A stretch of DNA of 64,000 bases from the NCBI GenBank assembly GCA_012517675.1, contig JAAYUL010000125.1, positions 625 to 64,624 on the forward strand, read 5' to 3'. The notes beneath the pieces were generated by a model that worked only from the letters and a program-made list of their open reading frames with translations, was not told the origin of the DNA and searched no databases. Source of the DNA: Clostridiales bacterium. GTDB taxonomy: Bacteria > Bacillota > Clostridia > Oscillospirales > Acutalibacteraceae. This document shows, piece by piece, positions 48,047 to 58,400 of the stretch; the first letter of the stretch is position 1; each line of letters starts with the position of its first letter. The translations under genes and the position numbers were made by a program.

Positions 48047-49006
48047 ATGAAAGAAATTGTGATTGGAAAAAACGACGTGGGCCAGCGACTTGATAAATTT
48101 TTGACGAAAGCATGCCCGAACCTCCCGCAGTCGATGATGTATAAAAGCATCCGCAAAAAAAATATCAAGCTGAACGGAAAGCGGTGTGAAATTTCCACCC
48201 GCCTTTCGGAAAACGACGTTCTTTCCCTGTATTTAAAGGATGAATTTTTCCAGCAGCAGCCGAAGGAATACGATTTTATCAAGGCGCCGAAGCAGATCAG
48301 CGTGCTTTATGAAGACGGCAATATTATGATACTGGACAAAAAGCCGGGTCTGATCGTTCATCCGGATGAAAACTACCACTTTGATTCCCTGATTGCACGC
48401 GTTCAGCATTATTTGTACGATAAGGGGGAATACCGGCCGGAGGAGGAAAACTCCTTTGCGCCCGCCCTGATCAACCGCATTGACCGGAACACGGGCGGAA
48501 TTGTAATGGCTGCGAAAAACGCGGAAACGCTGCGCATGATGAATCAGAAAGTAAAGGCGAGGGAAATTCAGAAAATTTACCTTTGCATTGTCCACGGCAG
48601 AATGGAAAAACAGGAAGCCACGCTGGAAGGGTATCTGGAAAAAAACGAGGCGCAGAACCGCGTCTATATTTCCAGAAAACCGACGGCGGACTCCAAAAGC
48701 ATCCGCACGCATTACCGTGTGCTTTCCGAACACGGCGACTATTCCCTTCTGGAGGTGGAACTATTGACGGGACGCACGCACCAGATCCGCGCGCACCTGG
48801 CCTCCATCGGGCACCCCCTGGCAGGGGACGGAAAATACGGCACCAACGCCATGAACCGGGCGACCGGGTTCCGTTATCAGGCGCTTTATTCCTATAAACT
48901 GAAATTCACTTTTTCCAGCGATGCCGGAATTTTGAATTACCTGAACGGAAAAGAGTTTACGGCAAACGAAGTCTGGTTTTTAAAGGAGTTTCCCCGCCTC
49001 CAATAA
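48047..49006 (+). CDS. RluA-family 23S rRNA pseudouridine synthase (with S4 domain)
   Basis: 319 aa. Has an N-terminal S4-like QRLDKFL, the catalytic INRIDRNTGGIVM (Asp) and GRTHQIRAHLASIGHPLAGDGKYG. Confidence 0.85.
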   Translation: MKEIVIGKNDVGQRLDKFLTKACPNLPQSMMYKSIRKKNIKLNGKRCEISTRLSENDVLSLYLKDEFFQQQPKEYDFIKAPKQISVLYEDGNIMILDKKPGLIVHPDENYHFDSLIARVQHYLYDKGEYRPEEENSFAPALINRIDRNTGGIVMAAKNAETLRMMNQKVKAREIQKIYLCIVHGRMEKQEATLEGYLEKNEAQNRVYISRKPTADSKSIRTHYRVLSEHGDYSLLEVELLTGRTHQIRAHLASIGHPLAGDGKYGTNAMNRATGFRYQALYSYKLKFTFSSDAGILNYLNGKEFTANEVWFLKEFPRLQ

Positions 49007-49034
49007 CAGTTGATACAATAGCATATGGAATTTA

Positions 49035-49080
49035 CAACAAAAAAAGCCGGTGCGAAAATCAGCACCGGCTTTTTTTGTTG
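49035..49080. terminator. Bidirectional terminator between the rluA-family gene and hisE
   Basis: Perfect 19-bp stem CAACAAAAAAAGCCGGTGC/GCACCGGCTTTTTTTGTTG with an 8-nt loop. Confidence 0.8.
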
Positions 49081-49094
49081 TATCCGGGATGCGG

Positions 49095-49421
49095 TCAGGT
49101 GTTTTTATCCACCTGATGAAAGGTTTTTAAATTGCCCTGCTTTTCGCTGCGTTTTTCCAGTTCCGTTTCAATATCCTCCAGAGCAATGCCCTCGTTCACC
49201 ATCAATACGGTCAAATGATAGCGTACATCCGAAATTTCCAGCACGGTTTCCCGATTGTCCCCGTTTTTTGCCGCGATGATGACTTCGCTGCATTCTTCCC
49301 CACATTTTTTCAGGATTTTATCGAGGCCCTTCTCAAACAGGTAGCAAGTGTAAGAGCCCTCCTGATGGTTTGACTTTCTGTCGAGTACGGTCCGGTACAG
49401 TTCCTTCATGGCATCATTCAT
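49095..49421 (-). CDS. hisE: Phosphoribosyl-ATP pyrophosphatase
   Basis: 108 aa. Contains [31 protein letters not shown]...[21 protein letters not shown], and an 8-nt overlap with hisI. Confidence 0.85.
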   Translation of the reverse strand: MNDAMKELYRTVLDRKSNHQEGSYTCYLFEKGLDKILKKCGEECSEVIIAAKNGDNRETVLEISDVRYHLTVLMVNEGIALEDIETELEKRSEKQGNLKTFHQVDKNT

Positions 49422-49773
49422 CGGTATCCCTCCAAATTTCATTAAAAAAGCAGCTGTGCGACCCGGTGTGGCAGGCGGGTCCGGTTTGCCTGACAACGAC
49501 CAGCAGCGTATCGCTGTCACAGTCGCCGGTGATGCTGACGATTTTCTGAAGATGACCGGACGTTGCCCCCTTGTTCCAAAGTTCCCGGCGGGAACGGCTG
49601 TAAAACCAGGTATAACCGGATTCCAGCGTTTTTTGAAAAGATTCACGGTTCATATAAGCCAGCATCAGCACCTCGTTCGTGCCGTATTCCTGCACAATAG
49701 CGGGCAGAAGATCCGATTTTTGAAAAAACTTTTCTATAAAGGCGTCTGACTTTACACATGATTTCTGGTTCAT
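49414..49773 (-). CDS. hisI: Phosphoribosyl-AMP cyclohydrolase
   Basis: Contains [39 protein letters not shown] and [16 protein letters not shown] overlap with the hisA stop. Confidence 0.88.
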   Translation of the reverse strand: MNQKSCVKSDAFIEKFFQKSDLLPAIVQEYGTNEVLMLAYMNRESFQKTLESGYTWFYSRSRRELWNKGATSGHLQKIVSITGDCDSDTLLVVVRQTGPACHTGSHSCFFNEIWRDTDE

Positions 49774-50495
49774 ATCCGATCTCCTCCGCACAAAGCAATC
49801 GCCGACTTTAGGTCGAGGTCTCCGGTATAAAGCGCTTTTCCGCAGATCGCGCCGTATAAATCCAGCTGCAGCAAATTCGAGATGTCATGCAGGCTGCTCA
49901 CGCCGCCGCTTGCGATGATATTGCAGGAAACAGCGTTATTCAAACGCTCCAGCATCTTCAGATTGGGACCGGAAAGCATTCCGTCCCGTGAAATATCTGT
50001 AAAGATAATATACTTTACGCCTATTTCTTCCATCCGGCCGGCCATATCGAGATAGTCGACCGACGAAGTCTGCGTCCATCCTTCCGCGGCCACCTTTCCG
50101 CCGCGCGCGTCGATGCCGACGGCGATTCGCTCCCCGTATTTTTCGACCGCGCCGCGCACCAGCTCCGGATGATTCAATGCGGCGGAACCGAGTATTGCCC
50201 TGGAAATCCCGTTTTCCAGATAGTACGCGACGGTTTCCATATTGCGGATGCCTCCGCCGATTTCCACGTTCAGCCCGGATTCCCGCGCCACGCGGAAAAT
50301 CAGTTCCGCGTTGACCGGCGCGGCCGCCTTTGCGCCGTTTAAATCCACCGTATGAAGCCACTGCGCACCCGCCGCACGGAAAGCGTTCGCGGTCTGCACC
50401 GCGTCTTCCGCAACCTTGTGCGCCGTTTCATAATCGCCTTTTACAAGACGGACACACTCGCCGTCTTTGATGTCGATCGCAGGTAAAATAACCAT
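49770..50495 (-). CDS. hisA: ProFAR isomerase (1-(5-phosphoribosyl)-5-[(5-phosphoribosylamino)methylideneamino]imidazole-4-carboxamide isomerase)
   Basis: Contains [47 protein letters not shown] and ASGGVSS. Confidence 0.9.
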   Translation of the reverse strand: MVILPAIDIKDGECVRLVKGDYETAHKVAEDAVQTANAFRAAGAQWLHTVDLNGAKAAAPVNAELIFRVARESGLNVEIGGGIRNMETVAYYLENGISRAILGSAALNHPELVRGAVEKYGERIAVGIDARGGKVAAEGWTQTSSVDYLDMAGRMEEIGVKYIIFTDISRDGMLSGPNLKMLERLNNAVSCNIIASGGVSSLHDISNLLQLDLYGAICGKALYTGDLDLKSAIALCGGDRI

Positions 50496-50510
50496 GTGCC
50501 TGCCTCCCGT

Positions 50511-51095
50511 TTATAAAGAACCTTTTGTGGAAAGGACTCCGCTTTCCGTTTGGGCGGCCGCAACGCGCAGCGCGTGGGCCAAGGCTTTGAACAAAGCTTC
50601 TATTTCATGGTGCGAGTTCATGCCGTATTCCACACGCAGGTGCAGCGTGATCCCCGCGTTCATCGCAAAGGCGCGCATAAATTCCTCAACCATGCAGGTA
50701 TCGAAATCGCCGACGCGTTCCTGCCGAAAATCCGCATGGAACACAAGGAACGGCCTGCCGCTGATATCCACCGACGCGAATGCGAGCGCTTCGTCCATCG
50801 GAATGGAGAAGCTCCCGTAGCGCGCAATGCCGGACTTGTCCCCCAAAGCCCGCGCAAACACCTTGCCAAGCACGATTCCGACGTCCTCCACCGTGTGGTG
50901 GCAGTCCACGAACAAATCGCCCCTGGCTTCAATCTGAAGGCCAAAGCCGCCGTGTACCGCAAAGGCGTTCAGCATGTGGTCGAAAAAACCGATTCCGGTT
51001 GAAACAGAAACCGCGCCGCCGTCCAACGAGAGGGACACGGCAATGTCGGTTTCTTTTGTTTTTCGCTGTTCTGTGCAGTTTCTCATCTTTTTCAC
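50511..51095 (-). CDS. hisB: Imidazoleglycerol-phosphate dehydratase
   Basis: 194 aa. Contains RKTKETDI, GIGFFDHML, DCHHTVEDVGI and NSHHEIEALFKA. Confidence 0.9.
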   Translation of the reverse strand: MKKMRNCTEQRKTKETDIAVSLSLDGGAVSVSTGIGFFDHMLNAFAVHGGFGLQIEARGDLFVDCHHTVEDVGIVLGKVFARALGDKSGIARYGSFSIPMDEALAFASVDISGRPFLVFHADFRQERVGDFDTCMVEEFMRAFAMNAGITLHLRVEYGMNSHHEIEALFKALAHALRVAAAQTESGVLSTKGSL

Positions 51096-52147
51096 CTCTT
51101 CAACGCGTCGGCAAAAACCCGCAGCACCTCTGCGTTCTCTTCCCCGCTGCCTGCCGTGATGCGCAGGAAATCGCCCAGAAACCGCACGGCGATCCCCGCT
51201 TTGAGCAGATAATCGTAGATTTCCTTTGCGTTTTCCAGCCGGATCAGGACAAAATTGGTCACGGTGGGATAAACATGCATATCCGCCCCGACATCCGCTT
51301 CCAGCTGGCGGAAGCCGCGGTACAGTTCATCGCGCGATTCCACCACCTTGCGGATGGAGGCTTGAATCCATTCCGGCTCGCTTAAAATAAGGGCCCCGAT
51401 TTTCTGTGTCAGCGTATTCACGTTATAGGGCGACTTGACCGCGTGAAGCGCTTTGGTCAAGGTTGGGTTCGCAACCGCAAAGCCAAGCCGGATGCCCGCC
51501 ATGGCAAACGCTTTGGAGCAGGTGCGCAAAATAATCAGATTGTCGTACTGTTCCGCCTCCGGCAAAAGAGATTGGTCCCAGAAATCCATATAGGCTTCGT
51601 CCACCACGACCAGCGCCGGAACCGAGGTAATCAGTCTGCGCACTTCTTCCCGCTTTAAGCCAAGCGAGGTCGGATTGCACGGGTTGGAAAAAACGATCAG
51701 TTTGGTATTATGCCGGGCTGCACAGCGGATCATGTCGTCAACATCAATGGTGAGGTCCGGCTTTTTCTGGTACTCCACGCAGTTCGCTTCGGAGAGGGAC
51801 GCATAAAATTTATACATGGAAAAATCGGGCGCAACCGTCAGAATAGAATCGCCTTTCATCAGGAACGCGTTGCAGAGAACGGAGATCAGCTCATCGGAGC
51901 CGTTCCCCGCCGTCAGGCTTTCGGTGTTCAGTCCGTGGTAAGCGGCAAACCGTTCGCACAGTTCCCCTGCCGTGGAATCCGGATAGCGGTTGTACGCGGC
52001 GCAGGCCGTTTCCTGCCGAATCTTTTGAATGATATCGTCGGGAAGCGGAAGAAACGATTCGTTTGCGTCCAGCCGGATGCGGTACTGCCCTGAAATCGGT
52101 TCGTAGGGCTTTAAATCTCTGATCTTGTCGTTTAGCCGGTATGTCAT
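51092..52147 (-). CDS. hisC: Histidinol-phosphate aminotransferase
   Basis: 351 aa, class II aminotransferase. Contains LDANES, NPCNPT and the PLP-Lys region RTCSKAFAMAGIRLG. Confidence 0.88.
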   Translation of the reverse strand: MTYRLNDKIRDLKPYEPISGQYRIRLDANESFLPLPDDIIQKIRQETACAAYNRYPDSTAGELCERFAAYHGLNTESLTAGNGSDELISVLCNAFLMKGDSILTVAPDFSMYKFYASLSEANCVEYQKKPDLTIDVDDMIRCAARHNTKLIVFSNPCNPTSLGLKREEVRRLITSVPALVVVDEAYMDFWDQSLLPEAEQYDNLIILRTCSKAFAMAGIRLGFAVANPTLTKALHAVKSPYNVNTLTQKIGALILSEPEWIQASIRKVVESRDELYRGFRQLEADVGADMHVYPTVTNFVLIRLENAKEIYDYLLKAGIAVRFLGDFLRITAGSGEENAEVLRVFADALKR

Positions 52148-52148
52148 G

Positions 52149-53432
52149 TCAGCGCCTCACCTTGATCGAATTCGCATGGGCGGTCAGTCCTTCCGTTTTC
52201 GCAAGAGCCACAATATCGCCGGCGGACTGCTTCAATGCGTCCTCCGTGTAATAGATAAAGCTGGACTTTTTGATGAAGCTGTCCACGGAAAGAGGGGAAA
52301 AGAAACGGGCTGTTCCGCTGGTGGGCAAAACGTGGTTCGGTCCGGCAAAATAATCGCCAAGCGGTTCCGGAGAATAGTTGCCCAGAAATACGGAACCGGC
52401 GTTGTCGATTTTCCCGATGTACTCCATGGGGTTTGCCGCGCAGACCTCCAGGTGCTCCGGCGCAAGCTCGTTGGCAAATTCCACCGCTTCCCGCATGCTG
52501 TCGCAGACCAGAACAGCGCCGAACCGGTCGAGTGATTTTTCAATGATTTCTTTCCGGGAAAGATTTTCCAGCTGCTCATAAATCTGCGCAACCGTTTCCT
52601 CCGCGATTTTTTCCGAGGTGGTCAGCAGGATTGCGGAAGCCAAAACGTCGTGTTCCGCCTGCGACATCAGGTCGGCCGCAAGGAACTTCGGTTTTGCGGT
52701 TTCGTCCGCAATCACAAGGATTTCGCTCGGCCCGGCGATCATGTCGATATCCACCGTGCCGTAAAGCAGCTTTTTGGCCGTGGCCACGTAAATATTTCCG
52801 GGGCCGACGATTTTATCCACCTTCGGAATGCTTTCCGTGCCGAACGCCAGCGCGGCTACCGCCTGCGCGCCGCCCACCAGAAAAACCCGGTCGACCCCAG
52901 CGGCCAGCGCGGCGGCCATGATATCCGGATTGGGCTTTCCTCCCTTCGCGGGAGGCGTCACCATGACGATCTCTTTCACCCCGGCGATTTTCGCGGGGAT
53001 GGCGTTCATTAATACGGAGGAAGGATAGGCCGCCGTTCCGCCGGGGACGTAAATGCCGACCCGTGCGAGGCCGCGCACGCGCTGCCCCATGATGACGCCG
53101 TTTTCCTGCGTGGTGAGCCAGCTCTGCTGCTTCTGGCGCTCGTGAAAATCCCTGATATTCCGGGCCGCGCGCCGAAGGGCGCCCACGAATTCCGGGTCAC
53201 ACTGCGCGGCAAGACGTTCCATCTCTTCCCTGCCGATCTCCATGCTTTCCGGCGCGCCGCCGTCAAACCGAAGCGTGTATTCCCTGACGGCATCGTCGCC
53301 CCTTGCCCGGACCGTTTCGATAATTTCGGCCACGGAAGCTTCCACCTGACGGTTTGCGCTTTCGCTGCGCTGTTTGAGCTGCCGGATAAAGTCGCGGCCC
53401 AAGCTGCCGCCCTGTTTCATAACCGGAATCAA
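52149..53432 (-). CDS. hisD: Histidinol dehydrogenase
   Basis: 427 aa. Contains YVPGGTAAYPSSVLM, MIAGPSE, SQAEHD and PEHLE. Confidence 0.92.
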   Translation of the reverse strand: MIPVMKQGGSLGRDFIRQLKQRSESANRQVEASVAEIIETVRARGDDAVREYTLRFDGGAPESMEIGREEMERLAAQCDPEFVGALRRAARNIRDFHERQKQQSWLTTQENGVIMGQRVRGLARVGIYVPGGTAAYPSSVLMNAIPAKIAGVKEIVMVTPPAKGGKPNPDIMAAALAAGVDRVFLVGGAQAVAALAFGTESIPKVDKIVGPGNIYVATAKKLLYGTVDIDMIAGPSEILVIADETAKPKFLAADLMSQAEHDVLASAILLTTSEKIAEETVAQIYEQLENLSRKEIIEKSLDRFGAVLVCDSMREAVEFANELAPEHLEVCAANPMEYIGKIDNAGSVFLGNYSPEPLGDYFAGPNHVLPTSGTARFFSPLSVDSFIKKSSFIYYTEDALKQSAGDIVALAKTEGLTAHANSIKVRR

Positions 53433-54067
53433 ACTGCCCCCTCCTTTGCCTGTTCCATCTGTTCCACCAGCGTTTCGATTTCTTTTTTCCGCAATTTCAA
53501 GCTGGCCGCGTTTACGATCAGCCTCGCGGAAATATCGCAGATAGTTTCAATGACTTCCAGCCCGTTTTCCTTTAATGTGGTCCCCGTTTCCACAATATCC
53601 ACAATCGCGTCGGAAAGACCGAGCAGCGGCGCAAGCTCTACCGAGCCTTCGATTTTGATTACGCGCACGTCCATGCCGCGGCTTTCAAAATAGCCCCTCG
53701 CCACATTCGGGTATTTCGTCGCGATGGTTTTGGCGGAATAGCCGCTGAAAAAATCCTTTCCTTTGGGACCCGCCAGCGCAAAACGGCATTTCCCGAACCC
53801 AAGGTCGAGCACCTCGTAAAAGCTTCTGCCGTTTTCCATAATGGTGTCTTTTCCGACCACGCCAAGGTCGCATACGCCGTGCTCCACATAGGTGATTACG
53901 TCCGCCGCCTTTGCCAGCACCACTTCAAACCGGTGTTCGCCGATCGGCAGAATCAGCTTTCTGCCCTTTTTGCTGACCGCGGTGCAGTCATAACCGATTT
54001 TTTCAAAAAGGGCCACGGTATCCTTTTCCAGTCTTCCCTTGGTCAGGGCGATTCTCAATGGTTTCAT
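53429..54067 (-). CDS. hisG: ATP phosphoribosyltransferase, short form
   Basis: 212 aa. Contains LRIALTKGRL, DLGVVGKD and IVDIVETGTTLKENGL. The short HisG form needs HisZ, which is encoded just upstream. Confidence 0.9.
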   Translation of the reverse strand: MKPLRIALTKGRLEKDTVALFEKIGYDCTAVSKKGRKLILPIGEHRFEVVLAKAADVITYVEHGVCDLGVVGKDTIMENGRSFYEVLDLGFGKCRFALAGPKGKDFFSGYSAKTIATKYPNVARGYFESRGMDVRVIKIEGSVELAPLLGLSDAIVDIVETGTTLKENGLEVIETICDISARLIVNAASLKLRKKEIETLVEQMEQAKEGAV

Positions 54068-54071
54068 CTGA

Positions 54072-55271
54072 TCAGTCCTTCAGCACTTTTGTTTCAACGG
54101 TATCCCCGACATAATCAATGCGGCCCATGCCGCGCAGCACGGCGTATTCCCGCGCTTGTTCCCGTGTTTCAAACACGCTGGTCTCGCACCGGAAGCCCTG
54201 TGCCACAAGGTTGGAAACATGGCGGAGCGCTTTCATTTCAAACCCGCCGTCCCCGTGGACGAGAATGTCCGTTTGGGGTTCCGCCGGAATCTGGCCGCGC
54301 CGGAGCATGATTTTGGCCAGAGCGTCCACATTGACGGCGAACCCGACGGCAGGCATCGGCAGGCCGAAATAATCAAGCAGCGTATCGTAACGGCCGCCCA
54401 GAAGGACCGCATCGCCGAATTCCTGCACATACGCGCTGAACACGATATTGGTGTAATAATCGTTGCGCTGGACCAGACCGAGGTCGACGATCATCCTCTG
54501 GCCAAGGCCGGTCAGGGAAAGCGATTGATAAAGCTGATGCAAATATGCGATGGGTTTCGCGGAAGCCGGGTCCGAGCACAGGGACGCCGCTTCGTCGAAC
54601 ACCTCTTCCCCGCCGAACAGGCGCGGCAGCCTGCGCATGGCCTGAACGGACGGGGTGTTTTCCAGCCCGTCCAGAATCCGGTTCAGCGCGGCGTAATCCT
54701 TGGCCTCGATCACACGGCGCAAATCCTCGCGGACATCGTCCGAAACGGGAAGCTGAGCGGCAACCGCGCGGAAAAATCCGGCGTGGCCCAGCTCCAGCCG
54801 GAAATCCGGCACACATTTTTCAAGCGCTTCCACCGCCGTGGCAATCACTTCCAGATCCGCACGCTTTCCCTGCGCGCCCAGCAGCTCAATTCCCGTCTGC
54901 ACGGTTTCGTCGCTCCGCCCCGTCAGGCCGGGATTGCTGCGATAAATCGGCTGCGTGTAAAAAAGGCGGATCGGCCGCGGCTGATTCTGAAGCCTTGTCG
55001 CCGTCAAACGGCCGATCGGCATGGTGGAATCCGGCCGCATCACGACAATCCTGCCGTGGTGGTCGGTCATTTTGTACATGACCTCCTGCCCGATGCCGGA
55101 CACGGAGGGATTGAACACATCGTAAAATTCAAGGCCGGGCGTCACCACTTCGTGGAACCCGTGGGCGGCAAAAACATCCGCCAGCGTTTTTTCCACATAC
55201 CTTCGCGCCTGACACTCTTCAAAAAGAAGGTCATTGGTCCCTTCCGGGGTAATTTTGCTGTATCGTTTCAT
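54072..55271 (-). CDS. hisZ: ATP phosphoribosyltransferase regulatory subunit
   Basis: HisRS paralogue (PEGTNDLL, FHEVVTPGLEFYD, YRSN). Start set at ATG 55271 (GGGAGAG RBS) rather than the track's GTG at 55298. Confidence 0.85.
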   Translation of the reverse strand: MKRYSKITPEGTNDLLFEECQARRYVEKTLADVFAAHGFHEVVTPGLEFYDVFNPSVSGIGQEVMYKMTDHHGRIVVMRPDSTMPIGRLTATRLQNQPRPIRLFYTQPIYRSNPGLTGRSDETVQTGIELLGAQGKRADLEVIATAVEALEKCVPDFRLELGHAGFFRAVAAQLPVSDDVREDLRRVIEAKDYAALNRILDGLENTPSVQAMRRLPRLFGGEEVFDEAASLCSDPASAKPIAYLHQLYQSLSLTGLGQRMIVDLGLVQRNDYYTNIVFSAYVQEFGDAVLLGGRYDTLLDYFGLPMPAVGFAVNVDALAKIMLRRGQIPAEPQTDILVHGDGGFEMKALRHVSNLVAQGFRCETSVFETREQAREYAVLRGMGRIDYVGDTVETKVLKD

Positions 55272-55312
55272 AAGGCTGTTCTCTCCCGCAGTCGTCACTT
55301 TAGTGTGCTAAT

Positions 55313-55342
55313 ATAATAGCATACTAAATTAATTTTTGTCAA
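55313..55342 (-). promoter_or_regulatory. his operon promoter (TTGACA-18 nt-TATTAT)
   Basis: Read on the minus strand, about 40 nt upstream of the hisZ start. No T-box or leader-peptide attenuator was recognised. Confidence 0.5.
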
Positions 55343-55470
55343 CCTGTTTTTTACATCACAGATTATTCCGCTATCCCAATGAAAAGAAAGAAAGCTTCCG
55401 CCTTCGTGACGAAAACGCAGAGGGACGGTTACGAAACCGCAAAAGCTCCTGCTTTTGCTGAAAAACAGGA

Positions 55471-58400
55471 TTAAAACAGGGTCATCTGACTGCTTTGAGG
55501 CAGACCGGTCAGCACACCCGCCGCCCCGAGTGTTTCAATGACCGATTTTGAAACCTTCGCGCGCGTCTGCAGGTCGTCCACGGAAATATAGGGTCCGCTT
55601 TCCTTTGCCTGCGCAAGGCTCTGCGCGGCGGATTCCCCGACGCCGGAAAGCGAGGAAAACGGCAGACGGATTTTTTTATCCTCCACCAGATATTTGCGGG
55701 CGTCCGACCGGTACAGGTCGACCGGCAGCACCTCAATCCCGCGGGCCAGCATTTCGTTGACAATCTGAAAAGTCGAATAAGCGGCTTCCTCCTTGGCGCT
55801 GGCTTCCTTCCCCTTCATGCTGATTTCGTTCATCCTGCGTCGGACCGCGTCGCGCCCCTGCGTGACCAGAGCGCCGTCAAAATCCTCCCCGCGCACGGTA
55901 AAGTAGGCGGCATAATACTCCACCGGATAGTGGACCTTATACCAGCCGAGCCGAAGCGTGGAAATCATATACGCCGCGGCATGCGCTTTCGGGAACATGT
56001 ATTTGATTTTCATACAGGAGTCGATATACCACTGCGGAACGCCGTGTTCCTTCATGGCGTTGATATGCTCTTCCGTCAGCAGCTTGGTGGCCTTGCCTTT
56101 TCTGGTGATTTCCATGATTTTAAAAGCCATTTTCGGTTCCAGCCCCTTGTGGAGCAGATAGGTCATGATGCTGTCGCGGGTACCGATGACCTCTGAAATC
56201 GTGCAGGTGCCGTTTTTAATCAGATCCTGCGCGTTGCCCAGCCAGACATCCGTTCCGTGCGACAGGCCGGAAACCTGAAGCAGGTCGGAAAAGGTCTTGG
56301 GCTGCGAATCAATCAGCATCTGGCGCACAAAACTGGTGCCGACTTCCGGCAGGGAAAACGTGCCGGTGCGGGAATCGATGTCCTCCGGCTTGACCCCCAG
56401 CGCCTCCGTGGAAGTAAACAGCGACATGACGGCCGGGTCGCTCATGGAGACATCCATGACCGGTATCCCGGTGTAGTTTTCCAGATACCGGTAAATCGTC
56501 GGCACATCATGGCCGAGCTCGTCAAGCTTGCATATCGTATCATGAATCGAATGAAAATCGAAGTGTGTGGTAATGTTATCGGATTTCTGGTCGTTTGCGG
56601 GATGCTGAACCGGGCAGAAATCGTAAATTTCCATCCCCTTCGGCACGACCACCATGCCGCCCGGGTGCTGGCCCGTGGTGCGCTTAATGCCGGTGCAGCC
56701 GGTGGCCAGCCGCAGTTCCTCCGCGCGGTGCAGCACCATCCCTTTGCTTTCGGCGTATTTCTTTACAAAGCCGAGCGCGGTCTTGTCCGCGACGGTCGCA
56801 ATGGTTCCGGCTTTGAACACGTTGTCCTTGCCGAACAGCGTTTCGGTGTATCGGTGCGCGCTGGACTGGTATTCGCCGGAGAAATTCAGGTCGATATCCG
56901 GCGTTTTGTCGCCGTCGAACCCCAAAAAGGTTTCAAACGGGATCGTGTGGCCGTCGCGGTTATATTCCGTGCCGCAGACAGGGCACTTCTTCGGCGGAAG
57001 GTCAAAGCCGCTGCCGTAGCTGCCGTCCGTAATAAATTCACTGTGCCTGCAGTTCGGGCACACATAATGGGGCTCCAGCGGGTTTACTTCGGAAATGCCG
57101 GACATATTCGCCACGAAAGAGGAACCGACGGACCCACGGGAACCGACCAGATAACCGTGCTCCACGGAATCGGCCACGAGCTTCTGCGCCGTCATGTAGA
57201 GGATGGAAAAGCCGTGCTTGGTGATGGAGCCAAGCTCGCGGTCCAGGCGGTTTTTGACAATATCGGGCAGCGGGTCGCCGTAAACCTCTTTCGCGCGTTT
57301 CCATGTAATGTCGGTCAGCTGCTCTTCCGCCCCTTCAATGAACGGCGGGAATGTCCCCGGCGGGATCGGTGTAATCTCTTCCGCCATGTCTGCGATCAAA
57401 TTGGAATTTTTCACAACGACCTCGTAAGCCTTTTCCCTGCCGAGATAGGCAAATTCCCGCAGCATTTCGTCCGTGGTACGCAGGTACAATGGGGCCTGCA
57501 GATCCGCGTCGGCAAAGCCCTGCCCCGCCATCAAAATTTTTCGGTAATTCGCGTCCTTCGGGTCCATAAAATGCACGTCACACGTCGCCACCACCGGTTT
57601 GTGAAGCGCTTCGCCCAACTTGACGACCGTGCGGTTATATTCTTTCAGCTGTTCCTCGTTCTGCACCAGCCCGTCGCGCACCATAAATTCATTATTGCCC
57701 AGCGGCTGAATTTCCAGATAATCGTAAAAGCCCGCGATTTCGCACAGGGTCTGCCACGGCTGCGCGCCGGAAATCGCCCGAAAAAGTTCTCCGGCTTCAC
57801 ATGCGCTTCCGATAATCAGGCCGTCCCTGTGTTTGATCAATTCGCTTTTGGGGATTCTGGGGTTGCGGTAAAAGTATTGCAGATGTGCCTTTGAAATCAG
57901 CTTGTACAGGTTTTTCAAACCCGCTTTGTTTTTCACCAGAATAATCTGATGGTAGGATTTCATTTTTTTCGGGTCGCCGCCCGCGAGCGAGGAATTGATG
58001 TCCCGGACGGTTTCCGCGCCCGTATCCTCCTGCAGGCGGACAATCAGCGCGATGAATATTTTGCCCAGCACCGCGGCGTCGTCGCAGGCACGGTGATGGT
58101 TGAACGGGTCAAGCTTCAAATACTTCGCGACGGTGTCCAGCTTGCAGTTTTTAATGCCCTTCAGCATGGAACGGCACATCGGGACCGTGTCGATATATGT
58201 ATATTGAAAATCCATTCCGTGGCGTTTGGCGGCAACGCGGATAAACGAGGTGTCGAAGTCCGCGTTGTGGGCAATCAGCACCGCCGCTTCCCCGCAGAAC
58301 CGGTAGAACGCCCGAATAGCTTCCTCTTCGGACGGAGCATCTTTCACCATTTCATCCGTAATACCGGTCAGCTCCGTAATCTTCGCCGGAATCGGCATTT

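Noticed and set aside
49405-49430. Possible frameshifted (pseudogenised) hisIE fusion
   Set aside because: hisI ends with a clean TGA. hisE has its own ATG with GGAGGG 7 nt upstream and overlaps by 8 nt. Both products look full-length, so these are two intact genes.
55299-55470. T-box or leader-peptide attenuator upstream of hisZ, and a 31-codon plus-strand ORF (55379-55474)
   Set aside because: There is no T-box core (GGTGGTACCGCG-like) or run of His codons, only a promoter and the polC-side hairpin. The small ORF has no RBS and only 31 codons of unremarkable sequence.
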